DNA of 64,000 nucleotides, from positions 320,001 to 384,000 of the forward strand of contig CAVYYI010000004.1 in NCBI GenBank assembly GCA_963772725.1, read 5' to 3'. The position numbers and the translations under genes were made by a program. Origin of the DNA: an uncultured Phycisphaerales bacterium (GTDB taxonomy: Bacteria; Planctomycetota; Phycisphaerae; Sedimentisphaerales; Anaerobacaceae). Shown here piece by piece: positions 21,315-32,490 of this stretch; positions within the stretch are counted from its first letter, which is position 1; the number at the start of each line of letters is the position of its first letter. The notes beneath the pieces are model-generated. The model was not told where the DNA came from, did no database searches, and worked only from the letters and a program-made list of their open reading frames with translations.

Positions 21315-22774
21315 GTCGGCATAAATTTTTGGGTAATTTTATCGTCGCAGCAATGATTGCAGTTGTATTATTACCCTGTTCGACTTTTGCCAAAGATAAA
21401 ATATCCCGATATGGATACAGAGATAATAAAAACGCAGAAGTTATCCTGCCGGCTGAGGCGGCAAAAACATCGAGACTGTCGCTTGTGCTGGGTTGCCCGA
21501 CGGATAAATCTGTCGTTGTGAGTATCCTGTCAACCGAAAATATTGACGGATACATTGAATACGGTATTTCTTCGGGAAAATACACAAATAAAACAGATGT
21601 TATCAGTATAACTTCCGGCAAATCAAAAGAGATTATTCTAAATAGTCTGAAGCCTGATATGCAGTATTTTTACAGGCTGAATTGTAAACATGGAGAGACA
21701 CAGCCTGAATACAGCTTTCATACCCAGCGTGCGCCGGACAGTACCTTCACTTTTGCCATACAGGGTGATTCGCATCCGGAACGACCGCAGCAAAATGACC
21801 CGCAATTATATGCCCGTACTCTGCTCGGAATCGCTTCTATCCATCCTGATTTCTATATGACCATCGGTGATGATTTCAGTGTCGATACTCTCGCGACGGT
21901 CAATGCTGAGACTGTTGCTCAACGCTATATCCTTCAGCGTCCCTTCCTGGGCATGGTTGCGTACTCATCGCCGATTTTTCTGGTAAACGGCAACCACGAG
22001 CAGACGGCGGCGTGTAACCTGGACGGTACGCCGAACAATGTCGCGGTCTGGGCGCAGAATGCCCGCAACCTGTATTATCCGCAGCCGGCTGCCGATGGTT
22101 TCTATACGGGCGATACGGAACCGGTGAAATTTATCGGACAGCTTAGAGACTATTATGCATGGACGTGGGGCGATGCGCTGTTTGTAGTAATTGACCCATA
22201 CGGACACAGCACTGCACCGGTTGACAACGTTTTTGGCGGAGGTGAGAAGCGAAAGGATATGTGGGCTGTTACTTTAGGCGATGCTCAATATCAATGGCTC
22301 AAAAAAACTTTAGTGCAGAGCAAAGCGAAATACAAATTTGTTTTTGCTCATCACGTTCTCGGTACGGGCAGGGGCGGTATCGAGAATGCTGGTTTGTATG
22401 AATGGGGAGGCAAAAACAAAAAAGGCCAATTTGAGTTTAATCAGAGACGTCCCAACTGGGAATTGCCTATTCATCAATTGATGGCAAAGAATGGTGTTAC
22501 AATTTTCTTCCAGGGGCACGACCATATTTTTGCCCGGCAGGAACTTGATGGCGTAATTTATCAAACGCTTCCTGAGCCTGCTGACCCGCAGTATATGCTT
22601 TATAATGATGATGCTTACAAATCCGGCGTGAAACTTCCCAACTCTGGATATTTGCGTGTTACGGTATCCCCCAACGATGTAAAAGTGGATTATATTCGTT
22701 CCTATCTGCCTGAAGATGAAAAGGAGCAGCATAAAAATGGTGAAATCGCATACAGCTATACAGTGGAAAAATGA
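21311..22774 (+). CDS. Secreted FN3-domain calcineurin-like metallophosphoesterase
   Basis: Signal peptide; FN3-like LKPDMQYFYRL; GDSH, GDDF, GNHE, HH, GHDH. Confidence 0.88.
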   Translation: MSRHKFLGNFIVAAMIAVVLLPCSTFAKDKISRYGYRDNKNAEVILPAEAAKTSRLSLVLGCPTDKSVVVSILSTENIDGYIEYGISSGKYTNKTDVISITSGKSKEIILNSLKPDMQYFYRLNCKHGETQPEYSFHTQRAPDSTFTFAIQGDSHPERPQQNDPQLYARTLLGIASIHPDFYMTIGDDFSVDTLATVNAETVAQRYILQRPFLGMVAYSSPIFLVNGNHEQTAACNLDGTPNNVAVWAQNARNLYYPQPAADGFYTGDTEPVKFIGQLRDYYAWTWGDALFVVIDPYGHSTAPVDNVFGGGEKRKDMWAVTLGDAQYQWLKKTLVQSKAKYKFVFAHHVLGTGRGGIENAGLYEWGGKNKKGQFEFNQRRPNWELPIHQLMAKNGVTIFFQGHDHIFARQELDGVIYQTLPEPADPQYMLYNDDAYKSGVKLPNSGYLRVTVSPNDVKVDYIRSYLPEDEKEQHKNGEIAYSYTVEK

Positions 22775-24214
22775 ATATGATGAAACGAAATATAAACATA
22801 CTGATTGCAGCATGCCTGATTTTCTTAATAACAACCGTTGTATTTTCAGGAAAACAAGCCCGCCGATAACTCTGCCAAAAATCTTTTGATGTTAGAGATG
22901 CCGCAGGGGGTGATACTCGGCAGACCCACGAATGAGTCTATAACGATGAACGTCTATGCCCCTAATGATATGGAATTTTATATCGAGTATGGGCTGGACA
23001 AGTCAAGGTACGATAACAAAACGACTGCTTATAAACTTTCGGCTGGTCATGCTGAGAATGTAAAAATCAGCGGCCTTAAACCTGATTCGAGGTATTATTA
23101 TCGAATCCTCAGTAAAGAGGCTAATAAGAAAGATTTTGCCGCAACGACACAATACAGTTTTCATACATGCAGGCCCAAAGGCAGCGATTTTTGTTTTATT
23201 GTGCAGGCTGATTCACATCTTGATGAGCAATCCAGCGTTGCACTTTACAAAAGAACACTATCTAATGAGCTTTCAGGCAATCCAGACTTCATAATCGACC
23301 TTGGCGATACTTTTATGACTGATAAACTCGGCGAGATGAATAATACTGGCATTCAAAACAGATATTTAATGCAGAGAGGTTTTTTCAGTCTTGTTGCTCA
23401 TTCGGTTCCGCTGTATCTTGTTCTGGGTAATCACGATGGCGAAACAGGCTGGAAACTCGACGGCACGGAAAACAATATCACAGTTCGGTCAGCGAAAGTC
23501 AGAAAGACATATTTCCCCAATCCTGAGCCTGATAATTTCTATATAGGCGACAGCACTATTGATAAATTTGTCGGACTTCGCGAAAACTATTACGCCTGGA
23601 CATGGGGCGATGCATTGTTCGTTGTGCTTGACCCATACTGGTACACATTAAAAAAACCCGGCAAAAATGTTGATAACTGGGGCTGGACTCTGGGCGATAA
23701 GCAATATAACTGGTTTAAAAAAACTCTCGAAAAAAGTAACGCGAAATTCAAATTTGTTTTCTGTCATCAATTAATCGGCGGAGGGGATACGGATGGACGC
23801 GGCGGGGCGGAATTTGCCAAATATTATGAAATGGGCGGTTTTAAGACAGATAACAACTGGGGATTTGATATGAAAAGACCGGGTTGGGGAAAACCCATAC
23901 ACCAGTTAATGGCAGACAATAAGGTAAATATTTTTTTTCACGGCCATGACCATTTTTTTGCTAAACAGGAATTTGGTGGAGTCATTTATCAACTTGTCCC
24001 GCAACCCGGGCATCCTAATTTCAAAAAAGCGGGACAGGCCGAAAGCTATGGTTATACCACAGGAAATATTCTGCCCAACTCAGGGTATCTGCGTGTCACT
24101 GTCTCCCAATCCAAAGCGACGGTTGATTATGTTCGTTCATACCTTGAAAAAGACCAAACCGCTCAGCGTAAAAATGGGCAGTCTTATTACAGCTATTCAA
24201 TCCAAAGTAAATGA
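22771..24214 (+). CDS. Second, paralogous FN3-metallophosphoesterase; frameshift after the signal peptide (about 22846)
   Basis: MNMMKRNINILIAACLIFLITTVVFS signal in another frame from 22771; ADSH, GDTF, GNHD, GHDH; YYAWTWGDALFVV shared with the upstream paralog. Confidence 0.85.
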
Positions 24215-24243
24215 TAAGAAAGAACCAAATTAGTTAAGGTTTG

Positions 24244-25250
24244 TTAATAGCCGTCTTTTTCTTCTTCAACGCTGCCATGAAAGACACGGTACATGTAAAA
24301 GTTGTAAAACAGCATTACTGGTATCAGAATGCCGATGCCGAAAATCATGAATATTAATGTTTCTCGCGAAGATGCGCTTGCTCGATGGTTATTGACGGCG
24401 GGACAATGTATGGATAAATCCCCACACCCAGTGCTGTAAAAGCGGTCGCGAATATAGCCAGGCTCATAATAAACGGGAGGTATTTGTATTTTGTATATAC
24501 GGTGCTTAACATCAACATTATAAAGGCGAACAAAACGCCAATTCCCAGTGCGAACATCACATAGCCAGTAGGGTTTGAGAGCCATTTGTGGGTAAACTGT
24601 TTGTAGGTAAAGCCGGTCAATATCGATATCGCGGTTATCATCACGAACATCAGTATGGAAGAAATTGTCATTCGTACCTGTATGAAACGTTTGATATCGC
24701 CCTGTGTTTTAGCGATGAGATATGATGCGCCAATCATCACGTATCCGAATACAACGGCGATTACTACCAGCACGGATACAATATTAAACCAGTCCCATAT
24801 GCCGCCTTCGAAACCTGTGGGGCCTGTTTTGATTCCGTTCATTAAGCCGCCCAAAGTAAATCCCTGGCCCGCGGCGGCGGCGAGGCTTCCTGCCCCGAAA
24901 AGAAATTCCCATACGCGTTTTTTTCTGCTCTGGCCGCGGAACTCGAAGGAAACCGCTCTGAATATCAGGCCGAAAAGCATTAACATAATAGGAATGTAAA
25001 GAGCGTTAAGCACAACGGAGTACGCGATTGGGAAGGCGCCGAATAATGTTCCTCCGGCAAGTACGAGCCATGTTTCATTGGCGTTCCATACGGCAGTAAT
25101 GCTTTTCATCATAATTCCGCGTTTGTGCGTCCCTGGTGTGAACAGTGATAAAATTCCGATGCCCAGGTCGAAGCCGTCGAGGATAACATATAATGCCAGC
25201 ATCATCGCAACCAGAAACGCCCATAGATTTGCCAAAGAAAAGTATTCCAT
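24244..25250 (-). CDS. cydB: Cytochrome bd oxidase subunit II (frameshift near 24375)
   Basis: YVILDGFDLGIGIL, WNANETWLV, LIFRAVSFEFR, YPYIVPP; C-terminus SSRETL..YRVFHG in another frame. Confidence 0.93.
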
Positions 25251-26632
25251 TTATTTTACTCCGATTGTTTTACTATGCGGCAGCGCACTATTCATATCAG
25301 GCCCTTTGGATATTATACGCACCGCGAAGACGATATAAAAAACAGAGATAGCAAGATAGACAAAACAATATGCGGATAATGTCGTCAGAGTTGCGGAAGT
25401 GGTAAGATTTGAAACGCCTTGGCTTGTTCGCATAATATTATAAAGTACCCAGGGCTGGCGGCCGACTTCGCGTACAATCCATCCGAGGTCAGAAGCGATA
25501 AATCCCAGCGGAATAGAAAAAACCCACAACGACCAGAACAATCGGCTCCGGTTTAAGTTTTCCGGCTTTAACAGTCCTTTGCGCCATTTCCATAATCCCC
25601 AGAGCAGAAGAATCACAAAAAACAGGCCAATCACCACCATCACGCGAAAGGAATAAAATGTAATCGCTATCGGCGGCTGGTCAGTTTGCAGAAATTCTCT
25701 TAATCCCTCAACCCTGCCTGTTAATGAGTGAGTCGAAAGTATGCTCAATAGATACGGCACTTTAATTTCCCAGGAATTTTGCTGGTTTTGGCGGTCAGGC
25801 CACGCCGCAAGGGCAAAAGGCGCGCCGGTGCCTTGCGCATTTGTCTGCCAGTGCGATTCCATTGCGGCGCGTTTTTGCGGGCTGATATTGCTGGAACCTT
25901 TCGGACGGACAAATCGCCAAGATATATCTGCAGCGGCACAAAAATAACAGCCAGTGCAAGCGACATCTTGAAAGATTTTAGAAAAAACCCCTGAAAGTGA
26001 TTTTTTCGGATTGCCCATGCGCTTATACCCGCCACGAAAAATAAGGTTGTTTCGATGCAGGCTGTCCACATGTGCGTAAACGAATGAACCAGGGCGGGAT
26101 TAAATACGGCGGCGTAATAATCGGTGATAACCGCCTGACCCTGCTCGAATTTGACGCCCGCTGGAACCTGCATCCAGGCATTGGCGGCCATTATCCAGAA
26201 CGCTGAAATCGACGCACCTAACGCTACCATTGATGTCGCGAATATATGTACGCCGCGGGAGACTTTTTCCCAGGCGAACAGCATGATGCCCAGAAAGGCT
26301 GCTTCGAGCATAAACGCCATTGCTGCTTCGAAGCCGAGAATATTTCCGAAATAACCGCCGCTTGCTTGGGAGAACTTTGCCCAGTTAGTGCCGAATTGAA
26401 ACTCAAGCGGCACACCGCTTGCGACACCAACGCCGAATGTCAGCAGATAGATTTTGGCCCAGAATCGAGTGTGGCGGTAGTAAATTTCTTTGCCGGTTTT
26501 CAGCCACAGGGCTTCCATAAGTACCAGCAGCAGTGCCAGGCCTATACTTATTAATGGCCATAACATGTGAAAAAGGGTCGTAACCGCAAATTGCAGCCGC
26601 GACAGCATTAACGGATTTAGAACGCTCTGCAT
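25251..26632 (-). CDS. cydA: Cytochrome bd oxidase subunit I (frameshifts near 25865-25895)
   Basis: LSRLQFA..FHMLW, GVASG..EFQFGTNW, FMLEAAFLG, WIMAANAWMQ.P, AAME, GWIVREVGRQPW. Confidence 0.94.
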
Positions 26633-26736
26633 TATCCCTCCAAATTTTAAATCTTTACAAAAGAACGTGTGTTTATTTTACGTTTTCAGGCAAAAAAAAC
26701 AATACTGTTTTATAAAAAAAAATCAGCCAGTACCGA

Positions 26737-26778
26737 CATAAGGAAAATGCTAATGTCGATATTGGCTTTTTCCTTATG
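26737..26778. promoter_or_regulatory. Inverted repeat between cydA and the first polysaccharide operon (two RcsAB-box-like 14-mers)
   Basis: CATAAGGAAAA-N20-TTTTCCTTATG. Confidence 0.5.
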
Positions 26779-26914
26779 CCAAAATGAATGAAAAGCCTGT
26801 TTACATAAACAGAACTTCCGGATAAACTTTATTACAAACGTGCCTGTTGGCAGGTGTGATTTTAAATGGGGCGGCAATAAAAAACTTAAAACTTAAAGCT
26901 AAAAACTCAAAATT

Positions 26915-27865
26915 ATGGATGTTTCGATAATCATAGTCAGCTGGAATACGCGGGAGCTTCTTGAAAGATGCCTGTATTCAATTTATCGACAATGCAAGAG
27001 GGCGAACTTTGAAATCATTGTGGTGGATAACGCATCGAAAGACGGCTCAGCGGAAATGGTCAGGGATAAATTTAACGAGGTTGTGCTGATTGAAAATGAG
27101 CGCAACCGGGGTTTTGCGGCGGCCAATAATCAGGGAATAGCGAGGGCGAAGGGGCGGTTTGTATTGCTGCTGAATTCAGATACGGTGATCCTTGGTGACG
27201 CGATAAGTAAAGCGGTTGAACTTATGCCCAGTGACGCGGCGGTGCTGGGGGTTCGTGTGCTTAATGCGGATGGGATGCTCCAGCCGACGTGTTTTATGTA
27301 TCCGTCGCTGTCGAATCTGTTTTTGTCGAGTACTTATCTTTATAAAATGTTTCCACGGAGTAAATTTTTCGGCAGGGAGCGGATGAGCTGGTGGGGGCGA
27401 GATGATATGCGGGAGGTTGAGGTTGTTACCGGCTGTTTTATGCTTGTGCGGAGTAAGGCCATTGAGCGGGTAGGGAGGCTGGATGAACGGTTTTTTGTTT
27501 ATGGTGAGGAAACGGACTGGTGCTATCGCTTTGCCATAGCGGGGTGGAAGGTGATGTTTTCGCCTGAGGCGGAGATAATCCATTACGGCGGGGCAAGCAC
27601 GACCCAGGCGGCATCGGCGATGATATTGCAGCTTAGGGGCAGCATACTTTTGTTTATTAAGAAGCATCGGAGTAAATTTGTGTATTGGTGCTGTTGTATT
27701 TTGACGGCGCTGTTTTTTTTGCTGCGGGTTCCTTACTGGCTGGTTTGCTCAGCGGTTTCGTTCAAAAATCGTGCCGAGCTGTTTAAGGTCTTACGAACGT
27801 ATCTGAGCGGGGGAATAAAGTGTTTGCGCGGAGCGGAAAAGCTTTGTGCTGAGGTGAGCTCATAA
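26915..27865 (+). CDS. GT2 glycosyltransferase (WbbL/rhamnosyltransferase-like)
   Basis: SIIIVSWN, VVDNAS.DGS, NRGFAAANN, LLLNSD, GCFMLVR, LDERFFVYGEETDWC. Confidence 0.92.
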   Translation: MDVSIIIVSWNTRELLERCLYSIYRQCKRANFEIIVVDNASKDGSAEMVRDKFNEVVLIENERNRGFAAANNQGIARAKGRFVLLLNSDTVILGDAISKAVELMPSDAAVLGVRVLNADGMLQPTCFMYPSLSNLFLSSTYLYKMFPRSKFFGRERMSWWGRDDMREVEVVTGCFMLVRSKAIERVGRLDERFFVYGEETDWCYRFAIAGWKVMFSPEAEIIHYGGASTTQAASAMILQLRGSILLFIKKHRSKFVYWCCCILTALFFLLRVPYWLVCSAVSFKNRAELFKVLRTYLSGGIKCLRGAEKLCAEVSS

Positions 27866-29040
27866 TGGAAGTTAAAAAAATAAATACAATATGCTTTGGG
27901 GGGGAAGACTGGTGGTACCATAACCATGGGCATGTTGATATGCAGTTGATAAGGAGGATGGCGAATCTCGGGCCGACACTGTACATAAATTCGATTGTTA
28001 TGCAAAAGCCGCGAGTGTTTAATGATAAGCGATTTTTTGAAAAGTTGAGCCGTAAATTGCGAAGCATTTTTAACGGTGTAAAAGACTCGGGGGAAAAGTT
28101 CTGGGTTTATAGCCCGTTTTCGCTGCCTTTGCATCATCTGCGGATAGGGAGGTGGCTGAACAGGGCGATTTTAAAAACGCAATTATCGGCGGTTCAGAGG
28201 AAACTTAGATTAAGTGACGCTGTTGTTTGGGTGCATTGTCCGGCGGCATGTGAGGCGGCTTTGGGGATGAAAAAACGCAGATTAGTTTATTTGCGAACGG
28301 ATAGATATGAGGAATTTCCGAATGTTGATTCGGAGGTGATAGGCAGATATGACCGCAGGCTTAAAGCGGATGCGGATTTGACGATTTTTGTTAATCACGG
28401 TTTGTATGATGCTGAGGCTGGGCAGTGTAAGAAGGCGATTTACCTTGACCATGGTGTTGACTATGAAAGTTTTGCGGGGGCAGAGGATAATCCGATGATA
28501 CCGGCGGAGATGAAAGATATAACTCGGCCGATAGCGGGATATTTCGGCGGGATTGACGGGCATACGTTTGATTTGGAATTTATGGAAAAGGTTGTTAATT
28601 TCGCACCGGATATATCGTTTGTGTTTATCGGGAAAACTTCGCAGGATTGCTCGAAGCTGGCGGCGAGGGAAAATGTAAAAATGCTGGGGCAAAAAGCTTA
28701 TGAGATGATACCTCAATATGGCAAATGTTTTGATGTCGCGATAATGCCTTGGAAGCAGAATCGATGGATAGAGGCATGCAACCCGATAAAGCTCAAAGAA
28801 TATCTCGCGCTGGGTAAGCCGGTAATTAGTACGCCTTTTCCGGAGTTGTCGCAATATCGTGACGTAGTTTATGAGGCGGGAAATCCGCAGGAATTTGTAT
28901 GGCGTATATTCCAGGCTCTTAAGGAAAACAATGCGGGGCAAATAGCGGCGCGTAGGGCGAAGGTTTGCGGGGCATCGTGGGACAGTAAGGCTGAGAAAGT
29001 GCTTGAGGAGCTTTTTAATGGCTCTTTGAAACAGGAATAA
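27865..29040 (+). CDS. GT-B fold glycosyltransferase (GT4/TuaH-like)
   Basis: DHGVD, GYFGGID, FDVAIMPW, NPIKLKEYLALGKPVIST. Confidence 0.88.
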   Translation: MEVKKINTICFGGEDWWYHNHGHVDMQLIRRMANLGPTLYINSIVMQKPRVFNDKRFFEKLSRKLRSIFNGVKDSGEKFWVYSPFSLPLHHLRIGRWLNRAILKTQLSAVQRKLRLSDAVVWVHCPAACEAALGMKKRRLVYLRTDRYEEFPNVDSEVIGRYDRRLKADADLTIFVNHGLYDAEAGQCKKAIYLDHGVDYESFAGAEDNPMIPAEMKDITRPIAGYFGGIDGHTFDLEFMEKVVNFAPDISFVFIGKTSQDCSKLAARENVKMLGQKAYEMIPQYGKCFDVAIMPWKQNRWIEACNPIKLKEYLALGKPVISTPFPELSQYRDVVYEAGNPQEFVWRIFQALKENNAGQIAARRAKVCGASWDSKAEKVLEELFNGSLKQE

Positions 29041-29043
29041 AAT

Positions 29044-29514
29044 ATGGATAATAAAAAGAGAAAATTAAAAATTTGTCTGGCGGCATCGGCAGGCGGACAC
29101 CTGACCCAGCTTTTGCGAATCGCGGACAGTTGGGCGGGGTATGAGACGTTTTGGGTTACGACAAACGAATTGGTGGCGGAAAGATTAAAACAGCAAGGTT
29201 GTGTACATATAGTGGGCGAGTGTAATCGCGAGCATCCTTTGAAAGTAGTAAAAGCGTTTTTTAAGTGTGTTAAGATTTTGCTTGGGGAAAGACCTGATGT
29301 TGTTATTAGTTCGGGCGCCGCTCCTGGTTTTTTAATGTGTGTGTTGGGGAAAATCTCGGGGGCAAAAGTAGTTTGGCTGGACAGTATTACCAATGTTGAA
29401 AGATTGTCGCTGAGCGGGCGGATGATTAGGCCGTTTGCGGATTTAATTTTAACTCAGTGGTCGGAACTTGCGGAAAATGACAGCAAAATAGAATATGCGG
29501 GGCAGGTAGTATGA
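29044..29514 (+). CDS. PssD/Cps14F (Alg14-like) glycosyltransferase subunit
   Basis: AASAGGHLTQL, ERPDVVISSGA, LSLSGR, TQW. Confidence 0.9.
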   Translation: MDNKKRKLKICLAASAGGHLTQLLRIADSWAGYETFWVTTNELVAERLKQQGCVHIVGECNREHPLKVVKAFFKCVKILLGERPDVVISSGAAPGFLMCVLGKISGAKVVWLDSITNVERLSLSGRMIRPFADLILTQWSELAENDSKIEYAGQVV

Positions 29515-30005
29515 TATTTGTGACGGTTGGGACACAATTTCCGTTTGACCGGCTGGTGCGAACTGTGGACGGAATATGCTATCAGATTGCAGGCGGGCGT
29601 AAGGTTTTTGCGCAGATTGGTGCGAGTCACTATCGGCCGAGTCATTTTGATTATATTCATTCACTTGACAGCGCCGAGTTCAAAGAACGAATGATGACGG
29701 CATCGGCGGTTATAAGTCACGCTGGTGTTGGAACGATAACAATGGCGCTGGATTATAATAAGCCGTTACTGGTTCTGCCGAGACTGAAAAAATTTGGAGA
29801 AGTGGTAAATGACCATCAAGTGGCTATCGCGAGAAAATTTGAGCAGCGCGGGTATTTGCTGGCGGCATATTCGGAAAGTGAGTTGGCAGATAAGATTGAA
29901 GAACTACTGAATTTTGTGCCGCAGAAGCGTGAGGTGAATCCGCAGGCAGTTGCCGTGAGAGTGGGGGAATTTTTGAGAGAAATTGAAGCGAAAGTAAAAA
30001 CGTAA
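29511..30005 (+). CDS. PssE/Cps14G (Alg13-like) glycosyltransferase subunit
   Basis: MIFVTVGTQFPFDRL, VISHAGVGTI, PR..GEVVNDHQ. Confidence 0.92.
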   Translation: MIFVTVGTQFPFDRLVRTVDGICYQIAGGRKVFAQIGASHYRPSHFDYIHSLDSAEFKERMMTASAVISHAGVGTITMALDYNKPLLVLPRLKKFGEVVNDHQVAIARKFEQRGYLLAAYSESELADKIEELLNFVPQKREVNPQAVAVRVGEFLREIEAKVKT

Positions 30006-30049
30006 AAAATATAGAAATATAAACCATTTTTTAATGAAAGGAATGAACT

Positions 30050-30784
30050 ATGAGACTGAAAAGAATGTTGTCGATGATGGTTTTTTTGATGGTGGTAATT
30101 TGTATAGGAGGGTGTTTCTCGGCCAATCCTGAGGATGTCAAGGCGTTCAGGATGCCGAGCGAGATAAATGTGAGCATGGATAAATATATCCTGCAGCCTC
30201 CTGATGCGGTAGAAGTGCTTTGTGCGGATATTCCAGAATTGAATCAGCAAAAGCAGCGTATCCGTCCGGACGGTATGGTGTCTTTCGAAGGTATCGGTGT
30301 TATTAAAGCAGCGGGCGTGACGCCTGACCAGTTGGCGGATGAATTGCGTGAAAAGGTTATAAAGCTGTATAACCTGTCAGGTGAAAGGCCTGTGGATGTT
30401 CGCATAGTAGCGTACAAGAGCAAATCGTATTACGTGTTAGGAATGGTACAAAAAGCAGGTGACAAAGATTTCACGGGAAGGGACACAGTTTTGGATGCAC
30501 TAGCCAAATCCGTACCGACCAATCTTGCGTGGCGTGACCATATACAGGTTATAAGACCGTCGGCAGACCCGAACAAGAAACCTAAGGTATTTCGGCTCAA
30601 CTTCCACAAGATGATGGTACACGGTGATAATACTAACGATGTATTATTACAGGAAGGCGATATTATTTATGTGCCACCGACGGTTCTGGCGTGGATTGGC
30701 TTGAAGCTGGATGAGCTGCTTGGTCCTATCGGCAGAAGCTTTTCGACTGCTAATGAAGTGAATCCGGCACGGCAATATGAGTAA
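30050..30784 (+). CDS. Polysaccharide export lipoprotein (Wza/OPX-like)
   Basis: Lipobox IGGC; YILQPPD, IRPDGMVS, SLBB-like YVLGMV, LQEGDIIYVP. Confidence 0.88.
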   Translation: MRLKRMLSMMVFLMVVICIGGCFSANPEDVKAFRMPSEINVSMDKYILQPPDAVEVLCADIPELNQQKQRIRPDGMVSFEGIGVIKAAGVTPDQLADELREKVIKLYNLSGERPVDVRIVAYKSKSYYVLGMVQKAGDKDFTGRDTVLDALAKSVPTNLAWRDHIQVIRPSADPNKKPKVFRLNFHKMMVHGDNTNDVLLQEGDIIYVPPTVLAWIGLKLDELLGPIGRSFSTANEVNPARQYE

Positions 30785-30892
30785 GGCTTTTAGCCCTGAT
30801 GGCGGTTTTAACGGTTGTATAAATTTTGCAACTGTTAAAATCGCCATAGGGTCGGGATTTTCGGATTATTTACTTATAAACCTGAACTTTGT

Positions 30893-31789
30893 TTAAGCAA
30901 TGAGATAAACACTTTTTCCTGACTGATATTTGATACTTTCTATTTTTAGCGAAGGTTTTTTCGGCAGTCTCGTATAGGCTATCAGACCGGCTATCAAATG
31001 TGCCAGAAAATTAATCGGGCTGCGATGCCGAGAATGCTCAATCTGGCAGACATTTTTCAGCGTATCATTTACGGTTTCAATCAGTGAACGTTTTCTCAAC
31101 AAAATCTTATCCTCCAATTCCATCAGGCAGGATTTCATATTCTTACGAACATTGGTTATCAATTTGACGCCTTTGCTCAGCAGCTTTTCAAACAGGCCTT
31201 TGCCTATATAACCCTTGTCTCCAAAGAGCTTTCCAAACAAACCCTTTGTCATAGGCTCTGCCATCCGGCTGTCAGCAACATTACCAGCAGTCAGCCGATA
31301 AGACAATAATCCGCCGCACTCATTTATTATAAGGTGAAGCTTAAAGCCATAAAACCATCCCATTGTGGTCTTCCCGATTGCAGCCAAACCGTCAAAAACG
31401 CGGTGACGGCAGATTCGCTTGTTATGACAGACTTTAAGAGATGTACTGTCAATAAAAGAGATGCCTGTCGGTTTATCAATGCCGCAACTCTGTAAATAGA
31501 CAAACATCGGAATAACTGACCTGGGAATAAGATAAACAAATCTATCATAGCTGACCAAATCGGGGAAATCGCATCTGTGATGCTTGAGAACATACTGATA
31601 GTATGCCTTAAAAGTACGAAAACCGCTTGTTTGGAAGCCAATTATAATAGTCATAATCTCACTGATACTTAAGTTGCAATCCCTGTTACGCCGGATAGTT
31701 CCATCATCGAGCAGGTGTTTATTATAAATTTTTTGAAAAACTTTCCAACAATCATCGACATCTACAAATAATGTGGTAAAATCCAGCAT
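30893..31789 (-). CDS. IS982-family DDE transposase (intact)
   Basis: FIDSTSLKVCHNKRI, GWFYGFKLH, GDKGY, RKRSLIETVND. Confidence 0.95.
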   Translation of the reverse strand: MLDFTTLFVDVDDCWKVFQKIYNKHLLDDGTIRRNRDCNLSISEIMTIIIGFQTSGFRTFKAYYQYVLKHHRCDFPDLVSYDRFVYLIPRSVIPMFVYLQSCGIDKPTGISFIDSTSLKVCHNKRICRHRVFDGLAAIGKTTMGWFYGFKLHLIINECGGLLSYRLTAGNVADSRMAEPMTKGLFGKLFGDKGYIGKGLFEKLLSKGVKLITNVRKNMKSCLMELEDKILLRKRSLIETVNDTLKNVCQIEHSRHRSPINFLAHLIAGLIAYTRLPKKPSLKIESIKYQSGKSVYLIA

Positions 31790-31792
31790 TTG

Positions 31793-31864
31793 ACGGCCTC
31801 CTTTGCCTAAGGGTCAATAATATTTTAGTGACAACAATATTATTTCCTTCGGCAGACAGGCCGT
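31793..31864 (-). promoter_or_regulatory. Leader hairpin overlapping the transposase RBS (IS copy 2)
   Basis: Minus strand ACGGCC..TGCC.AAGG.AATAATATT-loop-AATATTATT..CCTT.GGCA-AAGGA-GGCCGT-CAA-ATG. Confidence 0.7.
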
Positions 31865-32053
31865 TTTTCTATATCCTTATCCAAAGTTCAGGTTATAAAA
31901 AACTAAGGAATAACGAAACAACAATACAGTATTTTCCTTATTGAGCTTTAAACGGTATGTGTGTAAATTTACTTATAGTTAAAGTTAATATTATTGGGGA
32001 TCGGTGGACAGAGCCTATTTAATTAATAATAATGATGAATAAGGGGGCTAAAA

Positions 32054-32455
32054 ATGAGTTTCGCAATAGAGGAAAAAGTAGATTTACGGGAAATAGGAAA
32101 CATACCGGGGCAGGACAACAATGAAGATTTGTTTATTATGCTTCAACGGGATGAGTTAAAGAAAAAGAGCCGCTGGGAGCGTGTATTGCGGTCGGATGCG
32201 GAGGAACTTGCCGATTTGCTGTCTTCAGGCAAAATCGAAGTTGATGAAACAGAAGAAAAGGTTGTCGATATAGGTGGGCACGCATTCAGAATAGGCGGAG
32301 TCGAGTGTATGAAATATTTATACGCTATGACCAAAGAGATTATAAGCGATAGAACGAGAATAACACCAGCGTTTCATTATATCTCTATATGGTGGGACGG
32401 GATAGGTAGCTGGCGAAGTCGCTGGCTGGATGGAGAATATTTGTTGCAGCCATAA
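32054..32455 (+). CDS. Hypothetical protein with a C-terminal IG..IGG..M..WDGIG.W motif
   Basis: RBS AAGGGGG; 133-aa ORF co-oriented with the downstream regulator. Confidence 0.7.
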   Translation: MSFAIEEKVDLREIGNIPGQDNNEDLFIMLQRDELKKKSRWERVLRSDAEELADLLSSGKIEVDETEEKVVDIGGHAFRIGGVECMKYLYAMTKEIISDRTRITPAFHYISIWWDGIGSWRSRWLDGEYLLQP

Positions 32456-32490
32456 AATTAATTTCATTTTATACGGGAAGATAGGAAGTT

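Larger units (their letters stand above)
30880..31893 (-). mobile_element. IS982-family insertion sequence, copy 2 (1014 bp), diverged from copy 1
   Basis: Same terminal repeats ACCTGAACTTTG / CAAAGTTCAGGT; 5-bp target duplication TATAA at 30875-30879 and 31894-31898. Confidence 0.94.

Noticed and set aside
26815..26842. CTTCCGGATAA-ACTTTA-TTACAAACGTG as a dif site
   Set aside because: The right arm does not match the conserved XerD arm TTATGT(T/A)AA
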